A model generated the notes under the pieces. That model ran no database searches. It had not been told where the DNA came from and saw nothing but the letters and a program-made list of their open reading frames with translations. From Polyangiaceae bacterium (GTDB lineage Bacteria > Myxococcota_A > Polyangia > Polyangiales > Polyangiaceae), in the NCBI GenBank assembly GCA_035063585.1, contig JAPSGB010000003.1:192001-256000 (forward strand): a DNA stretch of 64,000 nucleotides, written 5' to 3'. Position 1 is the first letter of the stretch; every line of letters starts with the position of its first letter. This document shows positions 38,301 through 51,344 of this stretch, piece by piece. A program made the position numbers and the translations under genes.

Positions 38301-39599
38301 CTAGCGCCTCGAGCCTCGCAGCTCGACGGCGCGAGCGTGGCCCTCGAGGCCCTCGGCGCGAGCGAAGCTCGCGATCGGCTCGGCTTGTGCGTGGAGCGCG
38401 TCCGGGCCGTAGGCGATGAGCGAGGTCCGTGAGACGAAATCGTAGGTCCCGAGCGGCGCGCTGAAGCGGGCCGCACCGCCGGTTGGCAGCACGTGCGAGG
38501 GACCCGCGAGGTAGTCACCGGCCGCCTCGGGCGTGCTCTCCCCGATGAAGATGGCGCCCGCTCGCGTCACCGCGTCCGCGAGCCTCCTCGCGTCCCGGGC
38601 ATGCACCGCGACGTGCTCGGCGGCGAGCTGGTTCGCCACCGGGATGAGGTCATCTGCCGAGCGTACGACGATCGCCACGCCGTTGGCTCGAAGTGAAGCG
38701 CTCGCCACGTCCCGTCGCGGCAAGGTGCTGAGCTGTCGCTCTAGCGCCGCGCGCACCTGCTCGACGAGCCTAGTGGTAGTGCACGCGAAGAGCGGGTAGG
38801 CCGCCTCGTCGTGCTCGGCCTGGCTCACGAGATCCGCCGCCACCAGCTCGGCGTCTGCCGTCTCGTCCGCCAGGACCAGGATCTCACTCGGCCCCGCGAT
38901 GCTGTCGATGGACACCGTGCCGAACACGAGGCGCTTGGCCGCCGCCACGTACAGGTTGCCGGGCCCGACGATCTTGTCGACCTGAGGCACCGTCTCGGTC
39001 CCGTAAGCGAGCGCGGCGATGGCTTGCGCCCCGCCGGCGTCGAGCAGCGCGTAGACCCCGGCGAGGTGACACGCGGCGCGCACCTCGGCGCTCGGAGCCG
39101 GGCTCGCCAGGATGATTTGGCCGACCCCGGCGACGCTGGCCGGGATGGCGCTCATGAGCACGCTCGACGGGTAGCGCGCCTTACCGCCGGGCGCGTAGAC
39201 CCCGACTCGCGCGAGCGGCGTCACCCGTCCGCCGAGCAGCACGCCGGCCTCTTCGTACTCGAAGCTGGTGAGCGTCTCGGCTTGGCGCGCGTGGTAGCGG
39301 CGGATCCGCTCGGCGGCGAGCTCCATCGCGGCGCGTACTCGAGGCTCGAGCGAGGCGAGCGCCGAGGCGCCGCCATAGTCGCGTGAGAAGAGCGCTGGTG
39401 GGCGGCGCTTCTCGAAGCGCTCCACCGCAGCGAGCAGCCCAGCGTCGCCTTCGCGCCGAACCGACCCCAGGATCTCGCGAACCACCGGCTCGACGCGCTC
39501 GAGATCGCTCTCGCCGCGCCGCGCGAGCCGCGCGAGCTCGGCGTCGAAGTCTCCGGTACCGTGCTCGACCGAGCGAAGCAGCCGCGCGGTCTCGCTCAC
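38301..39599 (-). CDS. hisD: Histidinol dehydrogenase
   Basis: GGKARYPSS, GPGNLYV, DSIAGPSE, SQAEHD and GDYLAGPSHVLPT motifs. Confidence 0.96.
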   Translation of the reverse strand: MSETARLLRSVEHGTGDFDAELARLARRGESDLERVEPVVREILGSVRREGDAGLLAAVERFEKRRPPALFSRDYGGASALASLEPRVRAAMELAAERIRRYHARQAETLTSFEYEEAGVLLGGRVTPLARVGVYAPGGKARYPSSVLMSAIPASVAGVGQIILASPAPSAEVRAACHLAGVYALLDAGGAQAIAALAYGTETVPQVDKIVGPGNLYVAAAKRLVFGTVSIDSIAGPSEILVLADETADAELVAADLVSQAEHDEAAYPLFACTTTRLVEQVRAALERQLSTLPRRDVASASLRANGVAIVVRSADDLIPVANQLAAEHVAVHARDARRLADAVTRAGAIFIGESTPEAAGDYLAGPSHVLPTGGAARFSAPLGTYDFVSRTSLIAYGPDALHAQAEPIASFARAEGLEGHARAVELRGSRR

Positions 39600-40204
39600 G
39601 TCCAGTGGCCCGCCTTCAGCGCCGCCGGATCCACCGGGCGGATCTTCGGGCCGAGCGTGTCGCGGAATACCTGCTCGTCGTCCATGTCGATGTCGTCATC
39701 GGCGAACCCGGCGGCCACGTCCATCGCGACCGCGAGGATGCGTAGGAAGGCGGCAAAATTCGAGGCGCAGAGCCGAGGCTTCCACACATCGGTGCCGTTC
39801 ATTGCCGTGTAGACCGGGCAGTCTCCCTCGGCGTCAGGGCTGCCGGTGTCGAGGAAATACGGGTCGCCGAGCAGCGTGCTGCGGCCGATGATGACCCACC
39901 CGGGCCGCCAGCCCGCTGCGGTCGGTCCGCCGATGAGCTCGCCCTGCGCGTCGAGTGAGAACCCCGCTTGCTCCCCGGCGAGGTCAGCGGCCTTGATCAA
40001 GCGCACGCGCTCGGTCGGGGTCCGCGACTCGACGTCGAGCGGGTCGCACGCCGCGAGAAACTCCCGGTAGCGTCGGGGTACCCTCAGCTTGGCGCGCAGC
40101 TCGGTGACCAACTCAGCCGGAGCCGAGCCAAATTTCGCCCGGATGTCTCGGCGCTCGAACGCCTCCTTCAGGGCAGAAATCGATTCAGCGAGATCGCTAT
40201 CCAC
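39596..40204 (-). CDS. SMI1/KNR4 (SUKH) family protein
   Basis: VPRRYREFL, WVIIG...GDPYFLD...DCPVY and ASNFAAFL pattern; start GTG 40204 or TTG 40228. Confidence 0.75.
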   Translation of the reverse strand: MDSDLAESISALKEAFERRDIRAKFGSAPAELVTELRAKLRVPRRYREFLAACDPLDVESRTPTERVRLIKAADLAGEQAGFSLDAQGELIGGPTAAGWRPGWVIIGRSTLLGDPYFLDTGSPDAEGDCPVYTAMNGTDVWKPRLCASNFAAFLRILAVAMDVAAGFADDDIDMDDEQVFRDTLGPKIRPVDPAALKAGHWT

Positions 40205-40428
40205 GCTCGGCGACCCTTTCGTCGTCAAGGCCGGGGCGGCCCGGATACCCGCCGGATGCCGCGCATCGACGGAGCTCTGCTGCCCGAGCCGGGGGCAACG
40301 GGCGCCAGAGGTTACGAGCTATCGAGCCGTGAGGCCAGGGAGAAGCGCTTTTCGGCCAGTTGGCCGATATTTGCCGGCCCTTCGGCCGGCCCGCACGTCG
40401 GGCCCGCGCGTGGAGTAGCGTCTCCGCG

Positions 40429-41247
40429 ATGACGGACGCGGCCTATCTCCGCTCACGATATAGCCATCCCGAGCTCGAGCACCGTTACGGCGAGCAGGTC
40501 CACCTGCTCGACGACCCGCTCGGGTGGACGCTCCTCGCGCGCGCCGGCGCCCCCGAGGTCGGCCAGCCCGAGGTCGGGCGGCTGGTCTCCGCTCTCTATC
40601 AGGCGCTGGTGCGCGCCGTCATCGCTCGAGAGCTCCCGCTCGAGCGTGCCAGCATCAAGACGCGCATGGTGACGCAGCATCCCGCCGAGGCCGTCTACCG
40701 CGGGCTCGTGGTCGCGCGCGGCACCAAGGTCGTCACGGTCGGCATCGCTCGCGCCGGCACCATGCCTTCGGAGGTGACCTACGAGCTCCTGAACACCGTG
40801 CTCGATCCGGCCGGAGTCCGTCAAGATCACCTCTTCATGAGCCGCATCACCGACGAGCGCGGACAGGTCACCGGAGCCGAGTGGCATGACGCCAAGATCG
40901 GCCGCGACGTCGACGACCGCTTCGTGCTCTTCCCCGATCCGATGGGCGCGACGGGCTCGTCCATGGTGAGCGCGATGCGCCACTACCTCGAACGCCTCGA
41001 CGGAACGCCGCGCCGGTGTATCGCCGTGAACCTCATCGTGACCCCGGAGTACCTCCGCCGCGTGACGACCGAGGTTCCGAACGCGCTCGTGTACGCGCTG
41101 CGACTCGACCGTGGGCTCTCGCCGGCGAACGTGCTCGAGACCATCCCCGGAGAGCGCTGGGGCGAAGAGCGCGGCCTCGATGAGCGGCAATACATCGTCC
41201 CCGGCGCGGGTGGCGTCGGGGAGGTGCTGAACAACGCCTGGATCTGA
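40429..41247 (+). CDS. upp: Uracil phosphoribosyltransferase
   Basis: IARAG, PRPP-binding DPMGATGSS and C-terminal YIVPGAG motifs. Confidence 0.82.
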   Translation: MTDAAYLRSRYSHPELEHRYGEQVHLLDDPLGWTLLARAGAPEVGQPEVGRLVSALYQALVRAVIARELPLERASIKTRMVTQHPAEAVYRGLVVARGTKVVTVGIARAGTMPSEVTYELLNTVLDPAGVRQDHLFMSRITDERGQVTGAEWHDAKIGRDVDDRFVLFPDPMGATGSSMVSAMRHYLERLDGTPRRCIAVNLIVTPEYLRRVTTEVPNALVYALRLDRGLSPANVLETIPGERWGEERGLDERQYIVPGAGGVGEVLNNAWI

Positions 41248-41278
41248 GGGTCGGTCCGGCGCGCAGCCCCCGCGACGG

Positions 41279-42318
41279 TCAGGGTGCGCGACGGCGATTA
41301 TGCCCGCCACGGTGCCGCCGCGCGAGCTCCAGGTAGTCGAGGCGCGGCGTGCCGGGCGACCGTCGCGGACCGGGCGCCTCGGCGTACTCGTCGAGCCGGT
41401 CGCACATCTTCTCGAGCTCGTCCTTCGCGAACAGCCCGGTCGCCTCCCGCAGCCGCGCGAGCGCCTCGCGTAGCGCCCCCACCGGCGCTCGCTCGAGGTG
41501 TCCGCGGCGCCAGAGCTCGAGGTGGCTGCGCGCGAGCGCGTCGGCGTCGAACCGATGTCGCAGCGCGAGCTCCGAGGCGACGCGCAGCACCGCCTCCGCG
41601 CCGATCCGGCCATCCTGGTGGAGCACGAAGGCGGCCTGCAAGTAGTTGAAGAAGGGGACCACCCGCGCGCCATACTCCTCGAAGCGGCTCGGCGGGGACT
41701 GACGATCGAGGTGGATGAGCACCCGTTCGACCGCGTCGAAGGCCTCGAGCGCGCCGAGGGCGGTCAGGCATCGGTCCGCCTGATCCTCGTAGGTGTGGCC
41801 CTCCGCGAGCACGGCCATGAGCGCCTCGCGCCCGACCGCGCCGCTCACGACGTCCGCGTAGAGCGAGTACACGAAGGCGTCGGCCTCGGCATCGTCACCG
41901 ACCAGAGCCTCCCTCACGGCGCCGAGCGCCTGGTTTCGCACCCGGCTCTCGAGCAGGACCGGGAGCTTGTAGCCGAGCTGATCTCGCAGCGCGGAGAAGC
42001 GCATTCTGAGCACGTTGCTCAGGTTCGGCTTCAGGGTCAGCTCATCCCAGCCTACCCGGTCGATGCGGAGTTTCTCCTCGAGGCGCCCGCGCATCTGTCG
42101 CGGACTGCCGCTCACGATGTGGATCCGCGCGCCCGAGCGCCCGAGCTCGCGGAGCAGCGGGGCGGCGCCCGGGACGGAACGCTTCCGATCCGGGCGCTCG
42201 AGCGCCGTTCGAAGCAGCGCGCCGAGCGTGTCGAAGTCGGTGCGGAGGTAGGTCTTGTCGAGGTCCCAGCGAGCCAGAAACGGCCCGCTTCGCGGAGCCA
42301 TCGCGCTCGCGGGCTCGC

Positions 42319-42322
<4 letters not shown>
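41279..42322 (-). CDS. App1/DUF2183-like HAD phosphatase-domain protein
   Basis: WDLDKT (DxDxT), VSGSP and LVGDDAEAD motifs. Confidence 0.75.
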
Positions 42323-44985
<2,663 letters not shown>

Positions 44986-45205
44986 GACGAACGAGATGAC
45001 GCACCGCCGGTTGGGGCGGCGATAGAGCGCCAGCGAGCTCGGGCCGACTCGACCCGAGTGGAAGTATCGCCGATCCCCGAGCCATCGCAAAGCCTCCTCG
45101 CCTCCGCCGCGGGCCCCGCCCGGGCCGGGCGCTCCGGGCCAGGCCCGGTAGATGTCAGCCGAACCGTTGGCCCCGGGCCCTGCCGGTGCGGTACGCTCGG
45201 ACCGG

Positions 45206-46291
45206 ATGACGCAGCCGAGAGTTCGCCTGGGCGACCTGCTGGTCGAGGCGCGGGTCATCTCCCGCGAGCAGCTCGACGACGTGCTCGGACTCCAGCGGCG
45301 CGACGGGCGGCGGCTCGGGACGCTGCTCGTCGAGTCCGGGCTCGTCAGCGAGACGCAGGTCACGCAGATCCTGAGCCAGCAGTTCGCGGTGCCGTGGGTC
45401 TCGCTCTATCATATCGATTTCTCTCGACAGCTACTGAACCTCGTCCCGCGCGAGCTCGCCGAGCGCTACTGCCTCGTCCCCATCTTCGTGCGGCGCGTCC
45501 GCGGGCTCGGAGAGACGCTATACGTCGCGATGGACGATCCCAGCGACGAGCACGCGATCCGTGAGGTGTCCCAGGGTGCCGGCTTGCCGGTTCGCGCCAT
45601 GATCGCGCCACCCTCGGACATCAAGTCGGCCATCCGCGTGTACTACGGTGGCAGAGCGGAGAGCCCCTCGCTCTCGGAGGCCGAGGCAGGCGTGGGTCGA
45701 GCGGGCGAGGAGCGCTCGGTCGAGCCGGCCATCGCGCCCGGCGCGGCGCCCTCGGCGCAGGAGTTGGCTGGCGACGCGTTCGCGACCGAGCCGAGCGAAG
45801 CGCCAGCCGCGAGCGCTGCGGAGCCAGCGCCGGGCGCGATCGCGGCGCCGCTCGCCAGCGCGCCGCCGGCCGCGCCGCCCAGCCAACCTCCCGCGGAGCG
45901 GGCCGCTTCGGCGGTGTCGCCGTCCTACACGCCGCCGCCCGAGAGCGGGCGGGTGATGGAGTCGCGGGAGACGGCGATGCCGCGCCCGAAGGGCAGAGCG
46001 CCACGGATGATCACGCTGACGCTGCTCGACGGCACCCAGGTGAACCTCCCGGCGCGGGGAGCCAAGAAGCCGGAGCGCGTGGAGGCGAGCGGTGGCGAGC
46101 GCTCACCCGATCAGCTCACGGCGCGCGATCTGGTCGCGGCGCTGCGCGCGGTCTCCCACGGCGCCGACGCGAGTGAGATCCTCGGCGAAGACACCGGCTG
46201 GGAGAAGCTGTTCGCCGCGCTATTGGCGCTGCTCCTCAAGAAGCATCTCATCGCCGACTGGGAATTCGTCGACGAATATAAGAAGATCTAG
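45206..46291 (+). CDS. MshEN (GspE N-terminal) domain protein without ATPase
   Basis: RLGDLLVEARVISREQLDDVLGLQ-RRDGR-RLGTLLVESGLVS tandem motif and VAMDDP; no Walker A motif. Confidence 0.85.
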   Translation: MTQPRVRLGDLLVEARVISREQLDDVLGLQRRDGRRLGTLLVESGLVSETQVTQILSQQFAVPWVSLYHIDFSRQLLNLVPRELAERYCLVPIFVRRVRGLGETLYVAMDDPSDEHAIREVSQGAGLPVRAMIAPPSDIKSAIRVYYGGRAESPSLSEAEAGVGRAGEERSVEPAIAPGAAPSAQELAGDAFATEPSEAPAASAAEPAPGAIAAPLASAPPAAPPSQPPAERAASAVSPSYTPPPESGRVMESRETAMPRPKGRAPRMITLTLLDGTQVNLPARGAKKPERVEASGGERSPDQLTARDLVAALRAVSHGADASEILGEDTGWEKLFAALLALLLKKHLIADWEFVDEYKKI

Positions 46292-46334
46292 GGGACCCGA
46301 TGTCGCGCCCGCTCGCCCTCGGCCGGGTCGCGTG

Positions 46335-48467
46335 ATGGCGTCGTCCGAGACCTCGAGCGACCCCTCGCGGCCGAGCGGCTCTGCTCGGCTTCCCGGTCGC
46401 GGCACGAGCGACGACCTCGCGGAGAGCGGCGCGCGCGCCGTCCTCGTGCTCGCGTCTGCGCTCGTGGCCGAGACGGTGGTGCGAACGGCGCTCCGCGCCG
46501 CAGCGTTCCCGGACGTGACCACCGCGCTCCTCGAGGTATTGGGCCGCGCGGGCCGAGAGCTTGCGCTCGCCCCAGCGCTCGTCTTGGCCGACCTGCTGGT
46601 GACGCTCCTCGCGCGCGTGGCGCCGCTTCAGCGCCGGCTCGTGCCGGTCGTAAAGCGGCTCGCGGCGGGGTTTCGAGATCCGGCGGTGCTCGCCCGCGCG
46701 ACCATCGCGTTCGGGTTGGCGACCGTCCTCTTCGCGCGCACCCTCGCGCGGGGCTATCAGCTCGTCTGGCCGGTCGGCGCGCTCTTCGCGCTGTCGGTGC
46801 TCGGGGTCTGGGTGCCCGCAGAGGTCCTCGTCGCGCGGCTGCGCCGGCGCGCGCTCTCCTCGAGTCGATGGGTCGGTGCGCTCTGGGTGCTCGGGCTCGC
46901 CAGCCTGTGTTCGTGGGTGGTCGCTGCGTTCGACGTGCCCTGGGTCGCGCCGATCGCCGGGCTCACCGCGCTGCTCGCCGTGGTGCGCGCGGTGTGGTCG
47001 CGCCCTCATCTGCCCCGAGCCGCGTGGGTGCTCGTGGTCGTGCTCCTCCCCGCCGGGCTCGGGGTCGACTCGAGCCGCGGCGCGCTCCGTCGGTTCGCTT
47101 CGGCACACGCCCCCTTTGGAGAGCTCGGCGCGCGAGCGCTCCGCAAGGCAGCCGACCTCGACGGCGACGGGGACTCGGCGCTCTTCGGCCTCGACTGCGA
47201 CGATCTCGATCCCACGCGCGCGCCCACCCTCGTAGATCTGCCCGATGATGGCGTCGATCAGAACTGCACCGGGCACGATGGCTCGCTCGCGGTGGCGCTT
47301 CGTGAGCTCCGCGCGCGGGGCGAGCGCGCACCCGCCGCGCCCGCTCCGGACGCGCCGCCGCCGGTCGTTCTCATCACGGTCGATGGGCTTCGCGCCGACG
47401 TGTTTCGCGACGGCGTCACCTTCCCGAAGACCCTCGCCTGGGCGAGCCGCTGCGTGCGCTTCGAGAACGCCTACTCGAACGCGAACTCGACCGGGCAGTC
47501 GCTGCTCGCGCTCCACACCGGAATGAGCCCGCGTCACGTCCTTAGGGACGACGAGTGGGAGGTGGCCCTCGCCGATCCGGCGCACGGGAGGCTCTCGATC
47601 CCGCCGACCCTAGCCTCCCTGCTCGACGCGCACGGCTGGGCGACCTACGTCGCGTTCCCCCCGTTCCACGTCGACAACTTCTCGTTCCTCACCGGCTACG
47701 AGCTCGGCGGCACGCTGCCCGACTCGAGCGACGCGTTCTGGCCGTCGATCGACGAGACGCTCGGGCGCGCGCGGACGGCGTGGCGCGAGGCCGGCGGGCG
47801 GCCGCTCCATTTTCGCGCGCATCTCATGGATCTTCACGCGCCGTATCGCGGCGGCGAGGGGAAGGCCGGCTACCTCGCGACCGGGCGTAGCATCGACGAG
47901 AGGCTCACGCGCTTCCTCTCGGGGCTCCCCCCGGAGTCGATCGTCGTGCTGACCGCGGATCACGGCGAGGCCTTCGGTGAGCACGGCGCGTACAACCACG
48001 GAGCCACGCTCTTCCAAGAGGAGGTGCGCGTCCCGCTCGTGCTCTGCGCGCCCGCGCGCTACGGGCTCGGCGCGCCGCGGGTGGTCGATGCTCCGGTCGG
48101 GCTGGTCGATGTCCTGCCCACCCTGACCGAGCTCCTCGGCATCGCGGTCGACTATCCGCTTCACGGGCAGAGCCTGGTGCCGTACCTGCGCCGGGGGACC
48201 GCGCTCCGGCGCCCGTGGGTGTTCACGGAGAGCTGGGGTCCGTGGGGCCGCTCCCAGGCGCTCGTGCTCGGGTGCCGCAAGCGGATACAGGACTTCACCC
48301 GCGGGTGGCAGGCAGAGTTCGACGTGTGCGCGGACCCGGTGGAGACGCGCGATCTCCTGGGGCCCGGCGAGCCCGGGCTCGGCGAGCTCCTCGGGCGTGT
48401 GGTGGACTCCGACCTCGACGCCTACCGCTCGTGGCGCTTCGGGCGCGTAGTGACCGTCGCCCCGTGA
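46335..48467 (+). CDS. Membrane-anchored sulfatase-like / alkaline phosphatase superfamily enzyme
   Basis: N-terminal TM helices, one MopE-like motif, LITVDGLRAD, DLHAPY and TADHGEAFGEHG...HG motifs. Confidence 0.85.
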   Translation: MASSETSSDPSRPSGSARLPGRGTSDDLAESGARAVLVLASALVAETVVRTALRAAAFPDVTTALLEVLGRAGRELALAPALVLADLLVTLLARVAPLQRRLVPVVKRLAAGFRDPAVLARATIAFGLATVLFARTLARGYQLVWPVGALFALSVLGVWVPAEVLVARLRRRALSSSRWVGALWVLGLASLCSWVVAAFDVPWVAPIAGLTALLAVVRAVWSRPHLPRAAWVLVVVLLPAGLGVDSSRGALRRFASAHAPFGELGARALRKAADLDGDGDSALFGLDCDDLDPTRAPTLVDLPDDGVDQNCTGHDGSLAVALRELRARGERAPAAPAPDAPPPVVLITVDGLRADVFRDGVTFPKTLAWASRCVRFENAYSNANSTGQSLLALHTGMSPRHVLRDDEWEVALADPAHGRLSIPPTLASLLDAHGWATYVAFPPFHVDNFSFLTGYELGGTLPDSSDAFWPSIDETLGRARTAWREAGGRPLHFRAHLMDLHAPYRGGEGKAGYLATGRSIDERLTRFLSGLPPESIVVLTADHGEAFGEHGAYNHGATLFQEEVRVPLVLCAPARYGLGAPRVVDAPVGLVDVLPTLTELLGIAVDYPLHGQSLVPYLRRGTALRRPWVFTESWGPWGRSQALVLGCRKRIQDFTRGWQAEFDVCADPVETRDLLGPGEPGLGELLGRVVDSDLDAYRSWRFGRVVTVAP

Positions 48468-48501
48468 ACGAGCGGGCGGCCTTGGCGAGCTCCGCGCGTG
48501 G

Positions 48502-49662
48502 TCAGCGCGCAGCGCCCTGGTCGATGAGCGCTTGGATCTCCTCGGGAGAGAACTGGGCGTCGGCGAGCACCGCGCGCGTGTGCTCGCCCTGGGTCGGCGC
48601 GGGGCGGGCCTGCAGCTCGCGCGGCGTGACCGGGGTCCGAAACTGACCGAAGCTGCCAGCCTCCGCCTCGACGTCGAAGAACACACCACGCGCGGCGAGC
48701 TGGGCGTCGCCACGCAGCTCGTCCGGGCGCAGCACCGCCTCGATGCAGCAGTCGTGCTCGGCGTTGAACGCCTCCCACTCCGCCCGCGTCCGCCCGGCGA
48801 TGACCTCGGCGAACCGCACCTTCAGCGCCGCTTGGTGGGGACCGGGCATGAGCATCGACATATCCACCTCGAGCCCCGCGTTGGCGCAGAATTTCATCAG
48901 GAACTTCGGCTCGAGCGCGCCGAGGGTGATCGACTCGCCGTCGCTCGTGAGGTAGGTGTTGTAGGGCGCGACGCCCCCGGTGAGAAGCTCGTTGCCGCGC
49001 TCGGGCAGCTCGCCGCCGAGCAGGCGCCCGAGCGCGACCGCCGCGAACGGGATCACCGACTCGAGCATGCCGATGTCGATGATCTTCCCCTTGCCGGTGC
49101 GATCACGCTCGCGGAGCGCGGCGAGGATCGCGATGATGCACCACATGCCGCCGCTCACGTCGGCGAGCTGGAAGCTCGGCGGGACCGGCGGGCCGTCGAG
49201 CGGCCCCATCAGGCCGAGCAGGCCCGAGCGCCCGAGGTAGTTGAGGTCGTGCCCGGCGCGATCCCGGAGCGGTCCGTTTTGGCCATAACCGGTGAGCGCG
49301 CAGATGACGAGCGAGGGGTTCTCTTCGAGGAGCGACTCGTGCGAGAGCCCGAGGCGGGCCATCACGCCGGGGCGGAACTGCTCGAAGACGACGTCGTAGC
49401 GCTTCGCGAGCCGCTTGAACGCGGCGACGCCGGCGGGGTGCTTGAGATCGAGGGCGAGGCTTCGCTTCCCGCGGTTCAGGCCCTGGAACCCGACGCTCAT
49501 CCCGCCCGCCATGGGGACGGCGGTGTGGCGCATGTAGTCGCCCATGCCGGTGTCCTCGAGCTTGTCCACCTGGGCGCCGAGATCGGCCAGCACGAGGGAG
49601 GCGAACGGCCCCGGCAGGAGGCGGGTGAGATCCAGCACCTTGAGATCGGAGAGCGCGGTCAT
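48502..49662 (-). CDS. CaiB/BaiF family CoA transferase (AMACR-like)
   Basis: VLDLTRLLPGP, NRGKRSL, FRPGV and GHDLNY motifs. Confidence 0.93.
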   Translation of the reverse strand: MTALSDLKVLDLTRLLPGPFASLVLADLGAQVDKLEDTGMGDYMRHTAVPMAGGMSVGFQGLNRGKRSLALDLKHPAGVAAFKRLAKRYDVVFEQFRPGVMARLGLSHESLLEENPSLVICALTGYGQNGPLRDRAGHDLNYLGRSGLLGLMGPLDGPPVPPSFQLADVSGGMWCIIAILAALRERDRTGKGKIIDIGMLESVIPFAAVALGRLLGGELPERGNELLTGGVAPYNTYLTSDGESITLGALEPKFLMKFCANAGLEVDMSMLMPGPHQAALKVRFAEVIAGRTRAEWEAFNAEHDCCIEAVLRPDELRGDAQLAARGVFFDVEAEAGSFGQFRTPVTPRELQARPAPTQGEHTRAVLADAQFSPEEIQALIDQGAAR

Positions 49663-49672
49663 CGTCGGTTCC

Positions 49673-51190
49673 TCAGCGCATCCGCGCGCGGTGGGCAGCG
49701 ACCCAGGGTGGGAGGCCTCTCCGGTCCGCGCCATCGCCACTGCCGTTTCCATTCCCGCTCGGGCGCCGGGCGCGCTCGGCGCGGTACGCCGCGACGGCGA
49801 CCGCCGCCGCCACCGCCGCCCGCTCGCTCTCGGGGACGGTGGCGCCGCCGAGCAGCGTGGCCTTGTGACGCTCGATGAAGCCGGTGTCGTAATCGCCGGC
49901 GACGAACTCCGCGTGCTGAAAGAGACGCTCGTGGAAGGGCAGATTGGTGCGGATACCGCTCACCACGTACTCGGAGAGCGCCCGGCGCATGCGCTCGACC
50001 GCGCGCGCGCGATCGGGTGCCCACACCGAGAGTTTGCTGATGAGCGGATCGTAGTGTGCGCTGATGACCGCGCCCTCGTAGGTCCCGCTGTCATCGCGCA
50101 CGCCGGGCCCAGCCGGGACGCGCAGGCGCTTGATCGGCCCCGGGCTCGGCAGGAACCCGCTCGCGGGATCCTCGGCGTACACGCGGCACTCGATGGCCGC
50201 GCCGCGCCGCTCGACGTCCTTCTGCTCGAACCCGAGCCGCTCTCCGGAGGCGATCCGAAGCATCTCCCGCACCAGGTCCATCCCGGTGATGAGCTCCGTG
50301 ATCGGATGCTCCACCTGGAGGCGGGTGTTCATCTCGAGGAAGTAGAAGCTCTTGTCTTCCCCGAGTAGAAATTCGAAGGTACCCGCCGAGTAGTAGCCGA
50401 CCGCCTTCGCGCCCGCGACCGCGACCTCGCCCATGCGCCGCACGATCTCGTGATCGATGGCGGGGCAAGGGGTCTCCTCGACCACCTTCTGGTGCCGCCG
50501 CTGGATCGAGCAGTCGCGTTCGAAGAGGTGCACGATGTTGCCGTGGGTGTCGCCGAGCACCTGGATCTCGACGTGCCGCGGGCGAACGATGGCGCGCTCG
50601 AGGTAGACCGTCTCGTCGCCGAAGGCCTTCAGCGCCTCGCTCCGCGCGCGCTCGAGCGCGTGCGCGAGCTCCTCCTCCCTCTCCACCAGCCGCATGCCCT
50701 TGCCGCCGCCGCCGGCGGTCGCCTTCAGCATCACCGGGTAGCCGATGCGCGCGGCCGTCGCGCGCGCCTCCTCGATGGAGCCGGCCGCGCCGCCCGGTAC
50801 GATGGGCACCCCCGCAGCGCTCATCTTGTCGCGCGCGGCGGTCTTTAGCCCCATCGCGCGCATCGCGCTCGCGGGAGGCCCCACGAACACCACGCCGGCG
50901 CGCTCGCAGGCCTCGGCGAGCGCCGGGTTTTCCGAGAGGAAGCCGTAGCCCGGGATGAGGCCGTCACAGCCGGCGCGCTTCGCCACGTCGAGGAGTTTGT
51001 CGATCCGGAGGTAGCTCTCCGCCGCGGCGGCCGGGCCGATGCCGTGAGCCTCGTCGGCCACTCGCACGTGGAGGGCGTCGCGGTCCGGCTCGCTGTAGAC
51101 GGCCACCGATCGGATCCCCATCTCGCGCAGGGTGCGCGCGATGCGGACCGCGATCTCGCCGCGGTTGGCGATGAGCACCTTCTTCAGCAT
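49673..51190 (-). CDS. accC: Biotin carboxylase subunit of an acyl-CoA carboxylase
   Basis: LIANRGEIA, PGYGFLSEN, GGGGKGMR, ERDCSIQRRHQK and EMNTRLQVEH; could equally be a propionyl- or methylcrotonyl-CoA carboxylase subunit. Confidence 0.9.
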   Translation of the reverse strand: MLKKVLIANRGEIAVRIARTLREMGIRSVAVYSEPDRDALHVRVADEAHGIGPAAAAESYLRIDKLLDVAKRAGCDGLIPGYGFLSENPALAEACERAGVVFVGPPASAMRAMGLKTAARDKMSAAGVPIVPGGAAGSIEEARATAARIGYPVMLKATAGGGGKGMRLVEREEELAHALERARSEALKAFGDETVYLERAIVRPRHVEIQVLGDTHGNIVHLFERDCSIQRRHQKVVEETPCPAIDHEIVRRMGEVAVAGAKAVGYYSAGTFEFLLGEDKSFYFLEMNTRLQVEHPITELITGMDLVREMLRIASGERLGFEQKDVERRGAAIECRVYAEDPASGFLPSPGPIKRLRVPAGPGVRDDSGTYEGAVISAHYDPLISKLSVWAPDRARAVERMRRALSEYVVSGIRTNLPFHERLFQHAEFVAGDYDTGFIERHKATLLGGATVPESERAAVAAAVAVAAYRAERARRPSGNGNGSGDGADRRGLPPWVAAHRARMR

Positions 51191-51322
51191 GACGGCGCTT
51201 CTACCATCCTTCCCGGTCCGGAGGGAGGTGGGGCCGGGCCGGCGCGGCCGGCGGCGCGGCCCGTCCGAGCGCGCCGGCGCCCGCGCCGCGAGCGGCTCGC
51301 TCGTCGTGGTGCGCGCATGCAA

Positions 51323-51344
51323 TATTCAACCAAATGGTTGAATA
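51323..51344. promoter_or_regulatory. Perfect palindromic operator (ArsR/SmtB-like 10-2-10)
   Basis: TATTCAACCA-AA-TGGTTGAATA between the divergent biotin carboxylase and DoxX genes. Confidence 0.7.
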
